The notes: generated from the letters alone by a model not told the origin. DNA of 39,166 bases from a virus (IMGVR_UViG_3300047279_000052:1-39166), one strand, 5' to 3'. Numbered from the stretch's first letter, positions 15,590-25,167 are shown. Made by a program: numbers and translations.

Positions 15590-16315
15590 ATGTCTGAAGT
15601 TATCTTTTTATCAAATGTCCGTTTGTCTTTCCCTCACCTCGCAGAACCACAGCGTCAGGTCAATGAAGCCACAGGTAAAGAGCGCATCTCTTACAACTGT
15701 GAATTCTTGATGCCGCAGGATCATGCGGGGTTCCAGCAGTTCATGGCACGCTACGGTGCGATGGCACTGGAGAAGTGGAAAGAGCACGCCCAGACCGTTA
15801 TGGGCATGATCCAGAATGATCGCAAGTTGCGCTGCTTTGGTCGTGGTGAGGAGAAGGTTAACAAGAAAACTTTCCAGCCTTATGACGGCTATGCTAACAA
15901 CGTGTTCATCACTGCTGGCCGTGATTCTGCACCGCAGATGATCCAAGCCGATGGCTCACCTGTTGATCCTGCCAACACCATGGCATTTCAGCAGTTGGCC
16001 CGCAAAATGTACGGTGGCTGCCGAGTCAACGCCGCCGTCAAACCTTGGTTGCAAGAGAACAAGCATGGCCGTGGCATCCGCTGCGACTTGATCGCTGTTC
16101 AATTTGCTGGTGACGATACTGCATTCGGTGAAGGAGCCGTTGATGCGTCTAACTTGTTTGCTCCGGTTGCATCTGCTCCGGCTGGAATGTTCGGTGCTGC
16201 GCCTCAAGGTGCGCCTGCGATGCCTGTTGCGCCGTATCCGGGCTTACCGGGGGGCAACCCTTTCAACGCTGGTAACGCACCTACAGGCTTACCTTCGTTC
16301 TTAGGCGGTCAGTAA
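15590..16315 (+). CDS. DUF2815 / T7 gp2.5-like single-stranded DNA-binding protein
   Basis: LSNVRLSFPHL, MYGGCRVNA, GIRCDLIAVQF..D..AFG. Follows DUF2800. Confidence 0.85.
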   Translation: MSEVIFLSNVRLSFPHLAEPQRQVNEATGKERISYNCEFLMPQDHAGFQQFMARYGAMALEKWKEHAQTVMGMIQNDRKLRCFGRGEEKVNKKTFQPYDGYANNVFITAGRDSAPQMIQADGSPVDPANTMAFQQLARKMYGGCRVNAAVKPWLQENKHGRGIRCDLIAVQFAGDDTAFGEGAVDASNLFAPVASAPAGMFGAAPQGAPAMPVAPYPGLPGGNPFNAGNAPTGLPSFLGGQ

Positions 16316-16322
16316 TTGAATC

Positions 16323-16368
16323 GGGGCCACTGCCTCTGGGAGTTCCCGGGGGACCGGACAGTGGCCCC
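16323..16368 (+). promoter_or_regulatory. Long GC-rich hairpin upstream of the polymerase start
   Basis: GGGGCCACTG...CAGTGGCCCC outer stem with inner CCTCTGGG-AGTT-CCCGGGGG stem. Confidence 0.6.
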
Positions 16369-16387
16369 ACCCAACTTGGTAACTGTA

Positions 16388-18244
16388 ATGAGTAATGACT
16401 ATGTATATGACATCGAAACCTACCCCAACGTCTTCACGTTGGCGGTGGAGCACGCAGAAGCACCGTTATGCTGGTCTTTTGAGATTAGCCAGTGGCGCAA
16501 CGACTCCAAAGAAATCATCGCGTTTCTCCAGTATCTCAAGGATACGAACGCACGCATGGTTGGGTTCAATAACCTGGGGTTCGACTACCCCGTCCTGCAT
16601 ACGCTGATCCGCATGGGGCACTCTGATGCCGACACGCTGTACCAAAAGGCCATGGCCATCATCCATTCGCAAGATGACGATGAAGGTGGTAAATGGATGC
16701 ACCAGGTCAACCCGAGTGACCGCTACGTTGAGCAGATCGATCTGTTCAAGATCCACCACTTTGACAACAAGGCACGGGCTACCAGCCTCAAGATGCTTGA
16801 GTTCAATATGCGCTCAGACACGATTGAGGATCTGCCGTTCCCCGTAGGCACGGCGCTGGCTCAACAGCAGATCGTGACGCTCAAGTCCTACAACGCCAAA
16901 GACGTGCGGGAAACCAAGGCGTTTTATCACAAGTCACTGGACATGATCCGGTTCCGCGAGGAGCTGACGGCCAAGTACAACCGTGACTTTATGAATCACA
17001 ACGACACCAAGATCGGCAAAGATTACTTCGTCATGAAGCTGGAAGAAGCCGGTGTCGCCTGCTATGACTTTGGCTCCAAGGGCCGCACGCCCCGCCAGAC
17101 CCCACGCCCATCGATTGAGCTTAAAGATGCCATCTTGCCATGGATCCAGTTTGAGTCACCCGAGTTTAACCGTGTGCTCAACTGGCTAAAAGAGCAGACA
17201 ATCACTGAAACTAAGGGGGTGTTTAATGATCTTACCGCTCGCGTTCATAGCTTCGATTTTGTGTTTGGTCTTGGCGGCATTCATGGATCCATTGAGTCGG
17301 AAGTGGTCGAATCGGATGCTGATCATGTCATTGTTGATTTGGATGTTACCTCTTATTATCCAAACCTTGCTATCACTAACGGATTTCATCCAAAACATTT
17401 AGGCAAAGAGTTTGTAAACATCTACAAGCACCTGTTCGAGCAGCGCAAAACATACCCCAAGAAGTCAGCCGAGTCAGCGATGCTGAAGCTGGCGCTCAAC
17501 GGTGTGTACGGCGACAGCAACAGCCGCTTCAGTGTGTTCTATGACCCACTGTTCACCATGTCCATCACGCTCAACGGTCAGCTCCTGCTGTGTCTATTAG
17601 CTGAAAGGTTAATGCACATCGAAGGGCTTCGACTGATCCAGGTGAACACCGATGGCCTGACAGTGCGTGTGCCCAGGGCAAACAAGTGGCTGGTAGATGT
17701 GGCCCGTGCTGCATGGCAAGGGTGTACCGGATTGAACCTTGAGGAAGCCATCTATAAGACCATGATGATTCGTGATGTAAACAACTACATCGCGCAGTAC
17801 GAAGATGGCGGCGTTAAGCGTAAGGGTGCTTACGAGTGGAATGCCCTGTGGCATCAAAACGCCGGCGGCCTGGTGATCCCCAAGGTGGCCGAGAAGGTTC
17901 TTACCGAGGGCGCACCGATCCGCGAGACGCTGCAAAACTGGCCAGACATCATGGACTTTATGCTTCGCACCAAAGTGCCACGGTCTAGCCATCTTGCCAT
18001 TGAGCGTGACGGCGTGACCTCACAACTGCAAAACATCACACGCTATTACATCGCTGAGGGCGGTGGTCACCTGTTCAAGTGGATGCCTCCGCTTGCCAAA
18101 AACCCCGGCCAGTGGCGAAAGATTGGCGTGGAGTCTGGGTGGGGTGTTCAGCCCTGCAACGACATTAAGGATGCTGGCAAGCTGCCAGTGGATTTTGATT
18201 ATTACATTCGAGAAGTGGAGAAATTATGTTTGGGACTAGCTTAA
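16388..18244 (+). CDS. Family B DNA polymerase with 3'-5' exonuclease
   Basis: Exo motifs YDIET, GFNNLGFD and YNAKD. Pol motifs DLDVTSYYPN, KLALNGVYG and NTDG. Start re-assigned to ATG 16388. Confidence 0.92.
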   Translation: MSNDYVYDIETYPNVFTLAVEHAEAPLCWSFEISQWRNDSKEIIAFLQYLKDTNARMVGFNNLGFDYPVLHTLIRMGHSDADTLYQKAMAIIHSQDDDEGGKWMHQVNPSDRYVEQIDLFKIHHFDNKARATSLKMLEFNMRSDTIEDLPFPVGTALAQQQIVTLKSYNAKDVRETKAFYHKSLDMIRFREELTAKYNRDFMNHNDTKIGKDYFVMKLEEAGVACYDFGSKGRTPRQTPRPSIELKDAILPWIQFESPEFNRVLNWLKEQTITETKGVFNDLTARVHSFDFVFGLGGIHGSIESEVVESDADHVIVDLDVTSYYPNLAITNGFHPKHLGKEFVNIYKHLFEQRKTYPKKSAESAMLKLALNGVYGDSNSRFSVFYDPLFTMSITLNGQLLLCLLAERLMHIEGLRLIQVNTDGLTVRVPRANKWLVDVARAAWQGCTGLNLEEAIYKTMMIRDVNNYIAQYEDGGVKRKGAYEWNALWHQNAGGLVIPKVAEKVLTEGAPIRETLQNWPDIMDFMLRTKVPRSSHLAIERDGVTSQLQNITRYYIAEGGGHLFKWMPPLAKNPGQWRKIGVESGWGVQPCNDIKDAGKLPVDFDYYIREVEKLCLGLA

Positions 18245-18297
18245 CTGGAACAATTATTCCCGTATCTGAAGAAACACTTAAAGAGGTAAACAAGTTT

Positions 18298-18531
18298 ATG
18301 AGCGCATTAGAAAAACAAGTGGGCGGCAACCATTACAAAGACTTGCCCATTCAACCCATCGAGTACATCCACGCAAATGCCATGGGGTACATGGAAGGCA
18401 ACGTGGTCAAGTACATCAGCCGCTGGCGCAAGAAGAACGGCATGGCTGACTTGGAAAAAGCCAAACACTACATCGAACTGCTGATCGATTTGGAAAAACG
18501 CAGAGCAGACAAGGAGTGCACCGGTGCTTGA
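18298..18531 (+). CDS. DUF3310 (SaV / T7 gp1.7-like) protein
   Basis: QVGGNHY, IQPIEYI, GNVVKYISRW..KNG..DLEKAKHY. GAGG RBS before ATG 18298. Confidence 0.88.
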   Translation: MSALEKQVGGNHYKDLPIQPIEYIHANAMGYMEGNVVKYISRWRKKNGMADLEKAKHYIELLIDLEKRRADKECTGA

Positions 18532-18808
18532 AAAAGACATCGAGTCCAAAGTCTGTGAATACGCCCGTTCCAAAGGTGTGCTTGCGTACAAGTTCACCAG
18601 CCCCGCACGGGCTGCTGTGCCTGACCGTTTGTTCATCGCACCAGATGGCCGTGTGTGGTTCTGTGAATTCAAACGAGGAGGTCAGAAGGCAACTCCTGCT
18701 CAGGAGCGGGAACATGCCAAACTCCGCGCCCAAAAAGTAAATGTATTTGTAATTGATAACGTAATTGAGGGTAAGACAATGATTGATGTAATGGTGATGG
18801 GATGCTGA
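18524..18808 (+). CDS. VRR-NUC domain nuclease
   Basis: EKDIE, KFTSP...VPDR, FCEFKR, TPAQ. Confidence 0.9.
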   Translation: MLEKDIESKVCEYARSKGVLAYKFTSPARAAVPDRLFIAPDGRVWFCEFKRGGQKATPAQEREHAKLRAQKVNVFVIDNVIEGKTMIDVMVMGC

Positions 18809-20208
18809 CTCCCGATTTACTGCACGGCTACCAGCAAAAGGCCGTCAACTTCCAGTGCACCCGACCCAATTCGATGCTGTGGCTCGACATGGGACTGGGT
18901 AAAACCGTGATCACGCTGACCAGCATGGCCCACCTGATCCGCACCCAGTTCCTGCGGGGCGTGATCATCGTGGCCCCAATCAGGGTTATCCGGCTGGTCT
19001 GGCGGCAAGAGGCTGTGAAGTGGGAGCACACCAAGCACCTGCGGTTCAGTATGGTCACGGGCACAAAGGATCAGCGCACCCGCGCCCTGCTGCGCCCGGC
19101 TGACGTGTACATGATCAACTACGAAAACCTTGGCTGGCTTGCCAAAACTTTACAAACCTATTTTGTCAAGAAGAACAAGCCGATGCCGTTCAACGGTGTG
19201 GTTTGGGACGAGATCAGCAAGTGCAAGAACTCGGCAACCAATCGAGTCAAGGCAGTCAAAAAGATTCTTGATGAGTTCAGTTGGACCACGGGCCTGACGG
19301 GAACACCGGCCAGCAACGGCTACAAAGACCTGCACGGCCAGTTTCTCGTGGTGGACAAGGGCACTCGCTTGGGTACATCGAAGACGGCTTTCCGCACCCG
19401 CTTCTATAAGAAAGTCGGACCGTACAAAGAAGTGCCCTATGAGGACACTGAGGACACAATTAAGAAGTTGATCGGTGACATCACGCTTGAGATGAGCGCT
19501 GAGGACTACAACCCGCTGCCCGACCTCATGGTCAACAACATCGAGATTGAGATGCCCGATGAGCTGCGTACTAAATACGAACGGCTGGAAAAAGAGTTCT
19601 TCATGGTGCTGGACAGCGGCAAAGAGATCGAAGCGTTTAACCAAGCTGCCCTGACCAACAAGTGCCTTCAGTTCTCCAACGGTGCAATGTACCCCGTGGC
19701 AGGGATGCCCCTGTGGGAGCCGGTGCACGACCTCAAACTCGAAGCGCTTGAGGAAATCCTTGACGAAGCCCAAGGATCACCTGTGCTGTGCGCCTACGCT
19801 TACCGCTCCGATGCACAGCGGATCATGGACAAGTTTAAACACCTTGACCCGATCAACCTGACCGAGTGTAAGAGCGAGGCTTCGCTGACCAACGCCATGC
19901 ACCGCTGGAAGACTGGCGACTGCTCTTTGATGATCGGCCACCCCGCATCGATGGGTCACGGTATTGACGGCTTGCAGAAGAACGGCCACATCCTTGTGTG
20001 GTATGGCCTCAACTGGTCACTGGACCTGTACGAGCAGTTCAACGCCCGTGTGCGCCGTCAGGGTCAGGGTGTGCCGGTGATCTGCCACCGCATCATGTGC
20101 CAAGGCACACTGGATCAAGCTCAGGCTTTGGCACTGGATGAAAAGGCAACAACCCAAGCAGGATTGCGTAATGCGGTCAAACAATACCGCATGTCTAAAA
20201 ATGTGTGA
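18802..20208 (+). CDS. SNF2-like SF2 helicase
   Basis: LHGYQ, DMGLGKT, WDEIS, LTGTP, GHGIDGLQ, QFNARVRRQGQ. Confidence 0.93.
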   Translation: MLTPDLLHGYQQKAVNFQCTRPNSMLWLDMGLGKTVITLTSMAHLIRTQFLRGVIIVAPIRVIRLVWRQEAVKWEHTKHLRFSMVTGTKDQRTRALLRPADVYMINYENLGWLAKTLQTYFVKKNKPMPFNGVVWDEISKCKNSATNRVKAVKKILDEFSWTTGLTGTPASNGYKDLHGQFLVVDKGTRLGTSKTAFRTRFYKKVGPYKEVPYEDTEDTIKKLIGDITLEMSAEDYNPLPDLMVNNIEIEMPDELRTKYERLEKEFFMVLDSGKEIEAFNQAALTNKCLQFSNGAMYPVAGMPLWEPVHDLKLEALEEILDEAQGSPVLCAYAYRSDAQRIMDKFKHLDPINLTECKSEASLTNAMHRWKTGDCSLMIGHPASMGHGIDGLQKNGHILVWYGLNWSLDLYEQFNARVRRQGQGVPVICHRIMCQGTLDQAQALALDEKATTQAGLRNAVKQYRMSKNV

Positions 20209-20223
20209 TACAATGTGTCACAC
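20203..20223 (+). promoter_or_regulatory. Extended -10 promoter embedded in a dyad
   Basis: GTGTGATAC-AAT-GTGTCACAC (1 mismatch) containing TGaTACAAT. AAGGAG follows. Confidence 0.5.
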
Positions 20224-20244
20224 CACAACTAAGGAGTAATTGTA

Positions 20245-20454
20245 ATGTTTAACGAATTCGTAACCTATTTCAAGTCAATGTTTGACATACCAACGGCTGA
20301 GATGCTGGCGCTTAAAGAACTTGAGGAATCCAAGCGCAAACTGCTTGACGCTCAGACTGCCAGAGAATATGCCGATTCGATGTGCAAGTACCGTGAAGCA
20401 CAGATCAAACGCCTGACAGCATACTTACACATTGCCACAGCAGAAAACAAATGA
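20245..20454 (+). CDS. Hypothetical coiled-coil protein
   Basis: AAGGAG RBS, 69 aa. Confidence 0.75.
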   Translation: MFNEFVTYFKSMFDIPTAEMLALKELEESKRKLLDAQTAREYADSMCKYREAQIKRLTAYLHIATAENK

Positions 20455-20927
20455 GAAAACGCAGCAAGTATCGGCCTAAGCCAATGCTTGTGAACCCACT
20501 TGGCTACGTGCTGGAAAGCATGAAGCCGGTGGCGTATCACGACCAGTACCTGATCGATCTGAAGATCAAGAACAATCAGGCAATGGTGGCGCTGTTGCAG
20601 GGAAGGGCTACCCATGACGACATGGATATGCTGATCGCCATGAGCAACGTCACTGAGGCGCTGTGCCAGTTAGGGTTTGGTGATGAGCACAAACCCGTAA
20701 CAGTTGATGGCCGAGAAGCCATCATTCGGATTGCTCACCGCTCTGCCGAAATCAAACGATTCACGCCCACCGGACTTGAGATCCAAGCGCTCAATTTGCT
20801 CATGGAACTGCATGATGCCCAGATGGATGTGATCACCATCAAGGACATGGAGCGTGCGCTTGAGTACATCAACAAAAAGGTGCGCCAGCACGATGTAACA
20901 CGGTTGCCCCGTGTGGCTCAAGCGTAA
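20451..20927 (+). CDS. Hypothetical protein (MRKRSKYRPK N-terminus)
   Basis: ATGA coupling. Helical. Overlaps the endolysin tail-to-tail by 10 bp. Confidence 0.75.
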   Translation: MRKRSKYRPKPMLVNPLGYVLESMKPVAYHDQYLIDLKIKNNQAMVALLQGRATHDDMDMLIAMSNVTEALCQLGFGDEHKPVTVDGREAIIRIAHRSAEIKRFTPTGLEIQALNLLMELHDAQMDVITIKDMERALEYINKKVRQHDVTRLPRVAQA

Positions 20928-21346
20928 ACGCGAGTGCCAGCTTTGTCGATGATCAGCGCTTGTTTGCGCGGTGATCCGTCAGCTTGATTGGGAATGCTAA
21001 TGTGCGTCCACCGGTCAAACTCGCGGATCACTTGGTCATAGGGTAAACCCGATGCGATGACTGCTTTGACCACTTGGTCAGGAGTCATAGCGGGAACACG
21101 AATGTCAGCAGCGCAGCCAATACGATGCTGAGAAGTGTCTTTGCTGCCCACAGCATCATTGACAGCTTTTGATCGGAAAGCTGAATTGACCATGATGGGC
21201 TTGCCTCCAAGTACGACTTTGAGGTCTTCAAGAAATTCGGCAAGGCGTTTAATGTTTTCAAGTTCTGCATCGTTAGGTGTGTTGTCCAACTCACGGTGAT
21301 CTGTGTGAGTCAGTTCTTCTAAAGTAAAGTGTTCGGTCAAGTTCAT
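20918..21346 (-). CDS. Endolysin, peptidase M15 (Zn D-Ala-D-Ala carboxypeptidase type)
   Basis: LTEHFTLEEL, NSAFRS..VNDAVG...SQH..G.AAD, WTHIS. Confidence 0.9.
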   Translation of the reverse strand: MNLTEHFTLEELTHTDHRELDNTPNDAELENIKRLAEFLEDLKVVLGGKPIMVNSAFRSKAVNDAVGSKDTSQHRIGCAADIRVPAMTPDQVVKAVIASGLPYDQVIREFDRWTHISIPNQADGSPRKQALIIDKAGTRVYA

Positions 21347-21750
21347 TTTTTAACCCTGTCTGCAATCTTTTCCATGGTGCGGCCACCGAAGTAGAAGGAC
21401 ATAACAAGCATACCCCACTGACCCAGTAATTCTACGTATGCGCCACGGGTTTCGTATTCAAAGATCGATGCGATAGCAAAGCCAGAATAGGCGATCAGCA
21501 GGAACACCAAAGTCAGGGGACGAATGTTCTTGCTCATCCATGAGTCGCTGGCCATGTCAGCCTTGACACGTTCGGTCAAGTTGTTTTGCTCAGTCTCGTA
21601 CAGTTTGGTTTCGTTGGCCATCTTGGCCAGCTCACCATCCTGCGCCATCTTTTGCAGTTCCAACTGTGCCTTGGCTTTGGCCTCTGGATCAGGAATCAGT
21701 TTGTCAATGAGCTTGCCGCCCACGTTTAGGAGTGCGTCTAATCCGATCAT
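21343..21750 (-). CDS. Holin, 3TM/GTA-holin-like
   Basis: GKLIDKLIPDP.AK..A, SDSWMSKNIRP, two hydrophobic spans, FYFGGRT.EK. Adjacent to the endolysin. Confidence 0.8.
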   Translation of the reverse strand: MIGLDALLNVGGKLIDKLIPDPEAKAKAQLELQKMAQDGELAKMANETKLYETEQNNLTERVKADMASDSWMSKNIRPLTLVFLLIAYSGFAIASIFEYETRGAYVELLGQWGMLVMSFYFGGRTMEKIADRVKK

Positions 21751-21983
21751 TTCTTTTCATCCTCAGTTTGGTTTAGTTTGATGCCTGACAAGAATCCGAT
21801 CATGCCGCCGATCAAGGTGCTGAAGGCGGGGCTGATCATTTTGAAAATCTCGCCGTTGTCCACTTCCTTGGCCCACAGCCCGAGCAGGAACGCCATGACC
21901 ATGGCCAATACAGAGAAGCAAAGGGTCACGCTGATCATGAACGTAACCCAGAATGTAAGTTTTTCTCTCATGTTTGTTTCCAT
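21747..21983 (-). CDS. Two-TM membrane protein in lysis region
   Basis: Two hydrophobic segments. GGGG RBS. Confidence 0.7.
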   Translation of the reverse strand: METNMREKLTFWVTFMISVTLCFSVLAMVMAFLLGLWAKEVDNGEIFKMISPAFSTLIGGMIGFLSGIKLNQTEDEKK

Positions 21984-21991
21984 GTCGCCCC

Positions 21992-22231
21992 CTATACCAA
22001 CTGATCTATTTGCCTGCGCTCGTTCTCAACTGAAATGTTGAGCGTTACCTGGCGCATCCGGTACTGGTATATCTCATACTCGTACTGGTGAAACTTTTCG
22101 ACTTGCTTTTTAATCTGCACATTGAGCGCCCGTTCAGCGTCTAACCGCTCGACTCGCTTGGCAAATAAATCCGAAGACGTTGGCCAGATTGACGGAAAAA
22201 CGACAGGGTAGTATTTGTCAAAACTGATCAC
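21992..22231 (-). CDS. Hypothetical protein
   Basis: GTGA-coupled to the upstream ORF. Confidence 0.55.
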   Translation of the reverse strand: MISFDKYYPVVFPSIWPTSSDLFAKRVERLDAERALNVQIKKQVEKFHQYEYEIYQYRMRQVTLNISVENERRQIDQLV

Positions 22232-22512
22232 TTCTTTTCCCTCTCAACTGCTAAGGCGTAGTAATACAGTATTTTCTGCCGTAGTTCACCGCTATCCGCA
22301 ACACCTGCCCACAAGGCCAAATTATTCCAAATGCTTACCAACTGCTCACTACTGCACCTGTCACCATTGGTGGTCAACCATTGCGAAAGGCGCTGGTGGC
22401 GCTCACTTGGGTTTCCGATCCAACTTAGACCATAGAAGTCTGAGACGATGCACGCCTCGTTGGCCGTAGCCCTTGATAACAGCAACAGCAGTGTGAAAAA
22501 TAGCCAACGCAT
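22228..22512 (-). CDS. Putative exported protein (signal peptide, 2 Cys)
   Basis: MRWLFFTLLLLLSRATA N-terminus. Confidence 0.6.
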   Translation of the reverse strand: MRWLFFTLLLLLSRATANEACIVSDFYGLSWIGNPSERHQRLSQWLTTNGDRCSSEQLVSIWNNLALWAGVADSGELRQKILYYYALAVEREKK

Positions 22513-22734
22513 TCATTTATCAACCTTACCATCGAGTTTGTCGAAGATTTTGCCAAGCATGTCTTTGATGTCGCGCATGTCGGAACGGTAGTCATCACGG
22601 GTGACGTAGTTCAACGGCATGTTCCGCACATCACCATCGAGCCGGTCAATGGCCTGATAGATGCGGTTCAGTGTCCAGCCACCAAAGAAGCCAGCAATGG
22701 CCACGGAGATGTTAAATAAAACTTGGTAGTCCAT
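22513..22734 (-). CDS. Single-TM coiled-coil protein (lysis/holin-accessory-like)
   Basis: N-terminal TM, YVTRDDY motif, KIFDKLDGKVDK tail. Confidence 0.7.
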   Translation of the reverse strand: MDYQVLFNISVAIAGFFGGWTLNRIYQAIDRLDGDVRNMPLNYVTRDDYRSDMRDIKDMLGKIFDKLDGKVDK

Positions 22735-25166
22735 TACTTGTTCGCCATGCCAGTTAAATCAATTTTGACCGATCTGTCAGCCAATGCGTTTTGGATCTCT
22801 TGCTCGGGGGCCAACATATTGCGCTGGAAGTCGCGTGTTTTTGGACCTTGGCCGCCGCGCTTGACTGGACGTGAACCCAGCGCATCTTGGAGCTGCTCGG
22901 CCAAATCCATCATCTGCTCGCGCTTAATCATCGCTTCTTGACGCAAACGCTCATTGGCCGCACGAGATGCAATCTCTTCAAACGCACGGGCTTGTTGCTT
23001 CGCTTTGTCCAAAGACTGTTGCACCCAGGCGCGATCTTGCATCTTGGCTGCAATGGCTTTGTCGCTCAACGTCTTCATACCGGGCATGACTTCAGCCAAA
23101 TCGACTTTGGTTTTCTCCCATGCGATCTTCTGCTCGGCTGTCATCAGCGCTGGCGATTTACCAGAGGCCAACAGATCAGCAGCGCCCTGCAAGCTCTTGC
23201 CGGTGCTCTCAATAACTTGGGTAGCAGGTGTAATTCCTTTGCCGCCCTCAGCGCCGATTGTGATCTTGCCGGTGACAGGATCAACTTCAAGTATCGCACC
23301 GCGACTAGCTGGTCGGCGTGCGGCAGCTTCAGCAGCAGCGGTTTGTTGCTCGGCTTGCTGACCCAATGTGCGAGACATTTCAGCAGCACGTTGTTTCTCG
23401 GTAGCCAATGTTTCCATTGTTCTGCCGTAGCCCAACTGAGGTGCGCCAGCTTCGGGTCCTACGAAAGTTGCTTTTGGACCATACTGGTTAGGCTGGATGA
23501 CAAAGTTAGGCGCTTCAAAGGTTTGCTGTGAATAGTCAAACGGCACAACAGCGCGATTCTGAGGGATGGGTGCGGCTGGGGTAGTGGGTTCAACTGGGAA
23601 AGGAATCCGGCGGTCTGCTGGAATAGCCAATCGATTTTGAGCACTTGGTCGGGCCAACATATTAGCCATGGCTTCGCCGCCAAGACTTGTTGCACCTGCA
23701 CCGATAGCAGCGCCAACTGGACCACCACCAAGAGCAAAACCAATCGTACCGCCAGCACCACCACGGCGCAGGCGCTGATACAGCAAAGGTTCTTTAGCAA
23801 CAGTTGTTGATGCAATCTCTGGGAAATTGCCGGCAACCTTGGCCACATCGGCCAATCTGCCTGTCAACGGTGCACCCTTTTCTGCAATCTTGGCAATTTG
23901 CAAAGGATCCACTTGCTGTGTTGTTATACCAGTCGCACGTTCCCAATCATAGGATTTGGCAATTGCTGTACGGGCTTCACGAAGGCGGCCAAGAGCTTTA
24001 GGATCTTTGACGTTTGCTTCAATCAGGTTCTCCAACGCATTGGCAATGCCGATCTGCGCTTCAGCAACATCGATGTCGATTGGTGATGAGTTGGGGTTCT
24101 TAAGAACACGAGTGGCGTCCTTACGGAAACCACGGATCTGGCCAACCACGTTGTCACCAGTCAAACCTTCGGCCACTTGACCAAGGGTGCGGTCAACCAC
24201 ACCGTTGACCTTCATTGCCTTTTCGGGGTTGCTAGTAGACAGTGGGTCCAGCTTGAGACGGCTCAAATCGTTGAGCACATCATCGGACGATTGCAACACA
24301 CCCATCTTGCGAACATCTTCGTAAGGCTGGTAATGAGGAGTGCGTGACTTCTCAAAAGCCTCAGGTGTCAATGGTGTGTTTTCGGGTAAGCCAAGGTCCT
24401 TACGGGCAACTTGGTTCCACTTGGGCAAGTTAGCCTCAACTGCTTTGGCGTTGACCAGGCTTTCACCGGCAGCACCCACAAGCATTTTGGTTTTGACGTT
24501 GGGGTTAGCTTGAACAGGGTTGACAGCAACACCCAGACGCTGGGCAGCTTGAGCCGCCTCGATCTGAGGAGCGCGTGCCCAGTCTTTAGAAGATGCTTCC
24601 TCGGCCAATCTTGTGGCGCGGGCTGCTTGAGCACCACGACCGTAATCCACGCCGGCTTGGACAGCAGGCACAGCGCCACGCTGGAAGTCGGCCAGCACGT
24701 TAAGAGGCACACCTTGCAGACCAGTGCGAGTTAGGGCATTTGCCACGTCTGCCGTGTACTGTTGACCAGCGGCTGTACGGGGCTGATATTGGATTTGACC
24801 GGCAACCTGTTGACCCAAGCGTTCACCAGCGCGAAGGCCCTCAGGTGTACCAAATTGACCACTGGTCAGCGCACCGTAGATCTTAGACGCCTCGATAACG
24901 GGGGCTGTGACAGCACCTGAGACAAGCGCAGCGCCAGTCTCTATGCCACCTCGCAGCTTGTCCAGCATCGATGTACGAGCTGGGGCTTGAGCTGTAGCAG
25001 CAGGCACTGCGCCACCGTAGCCAGGGATCTGATCCGCAAGACCACCGGTTTTACGAGGTGCTGGGATGCCGCTTGTTGACGCAGCAAGGTATGCGTCAGG
25101 ATCAAACGCTGGAGGTGCGGCAGCAGGCTTTTGAGCTAAGTAAGCATCTGGGTCAAATGCTGCCAT
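22734..25166 (-). CDS. Large internal virion / DNA ejection protein (P22 gp16-like position)
   Basis: 810 aa, Ala/Gln/Gly-rich helical. Doubled FDPDAYLA motif. Gly-zipper hydrophobic patch. Synteny. Confidence 0.7.
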   Translation of the reverse strand: MAAFDPDAYLAQKPAAAPPAFDPDAYLAASTSGIPAPRKTGGLADQIPGYGGAVPAATAQAPARTSMLDKLRGGIETGAALVSGAVTAPVIEASKIYGALTSGQFGTPEGLRAGERLGQQVAGQIQYQPRTAAGQQYTADVANALTRTGLQGVPLNVLADFQRGAVPAVQAGVDYGRGAQAARATRLAEEASSKDWARAPQIEAAQAAQRLGVAVNPVQANPNVKTKMLVGAAGESLVNAKAVEANLPKWNQVARKDLGLPENTPLTPEAFEKSRTPHYQPYEDVRKMGVLQSSDDVLNDLSRLKLDPLSTSNPEKAMKVNGVVDRTLGQVAEGLTGDNVVGQIRGFRKDATRVLKNPNSSPIDIDVAEAQIGIANALENLIEANVKDPKALGRLREARTAIAKSYDWERATGITTQQVDPLQIAKIAEKGAPLTGRLADVAKVAGNFPEIASTTVAKEPLLYQRLRRGGAGGTIGFALGGGPVGAAIGAGATSLGGEAMANMLARPSAQNRLAIPADRRIPFPVEPTTPAAPIPQNRAVVPFDYSQQTFEAPNFVIQPNQYGPKATFVGPEAGAPQLGYGRTMETLATEKQRAAEMSRTLGQQAEQQTAAAEAAARRPASRGAILEVDPVTGKITIGAEGGKGITPATQVIESTGKSLQGAADLLASGKSPALMTAEQKIAWEKTKVDLAEVMPGMKTLSDKAIAAKMQDRAWVQQSLDKAKQQARAFEEIASRAANERLRQEAMIKREQMMDLAEQLQDALGSRPVKRGGQGPKTRDFQRNMLAPEQEIQNALADRSVKIDLTGMANK

Positions 25167-25167
25167 T

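Noticed and set aside
16316-16387. N-terminal extension of the polymerase from TTG 16316
   Set aside because: It would translate through the hairpin. The exonuclease motif starts right after ATG 16388.
25082-25160. FDPDAYLA repeat as a DNA repeat element
   Set aside because: Conserved only at protein level with different codons. It is an ordinary N-terminal motif of the ejection protein.
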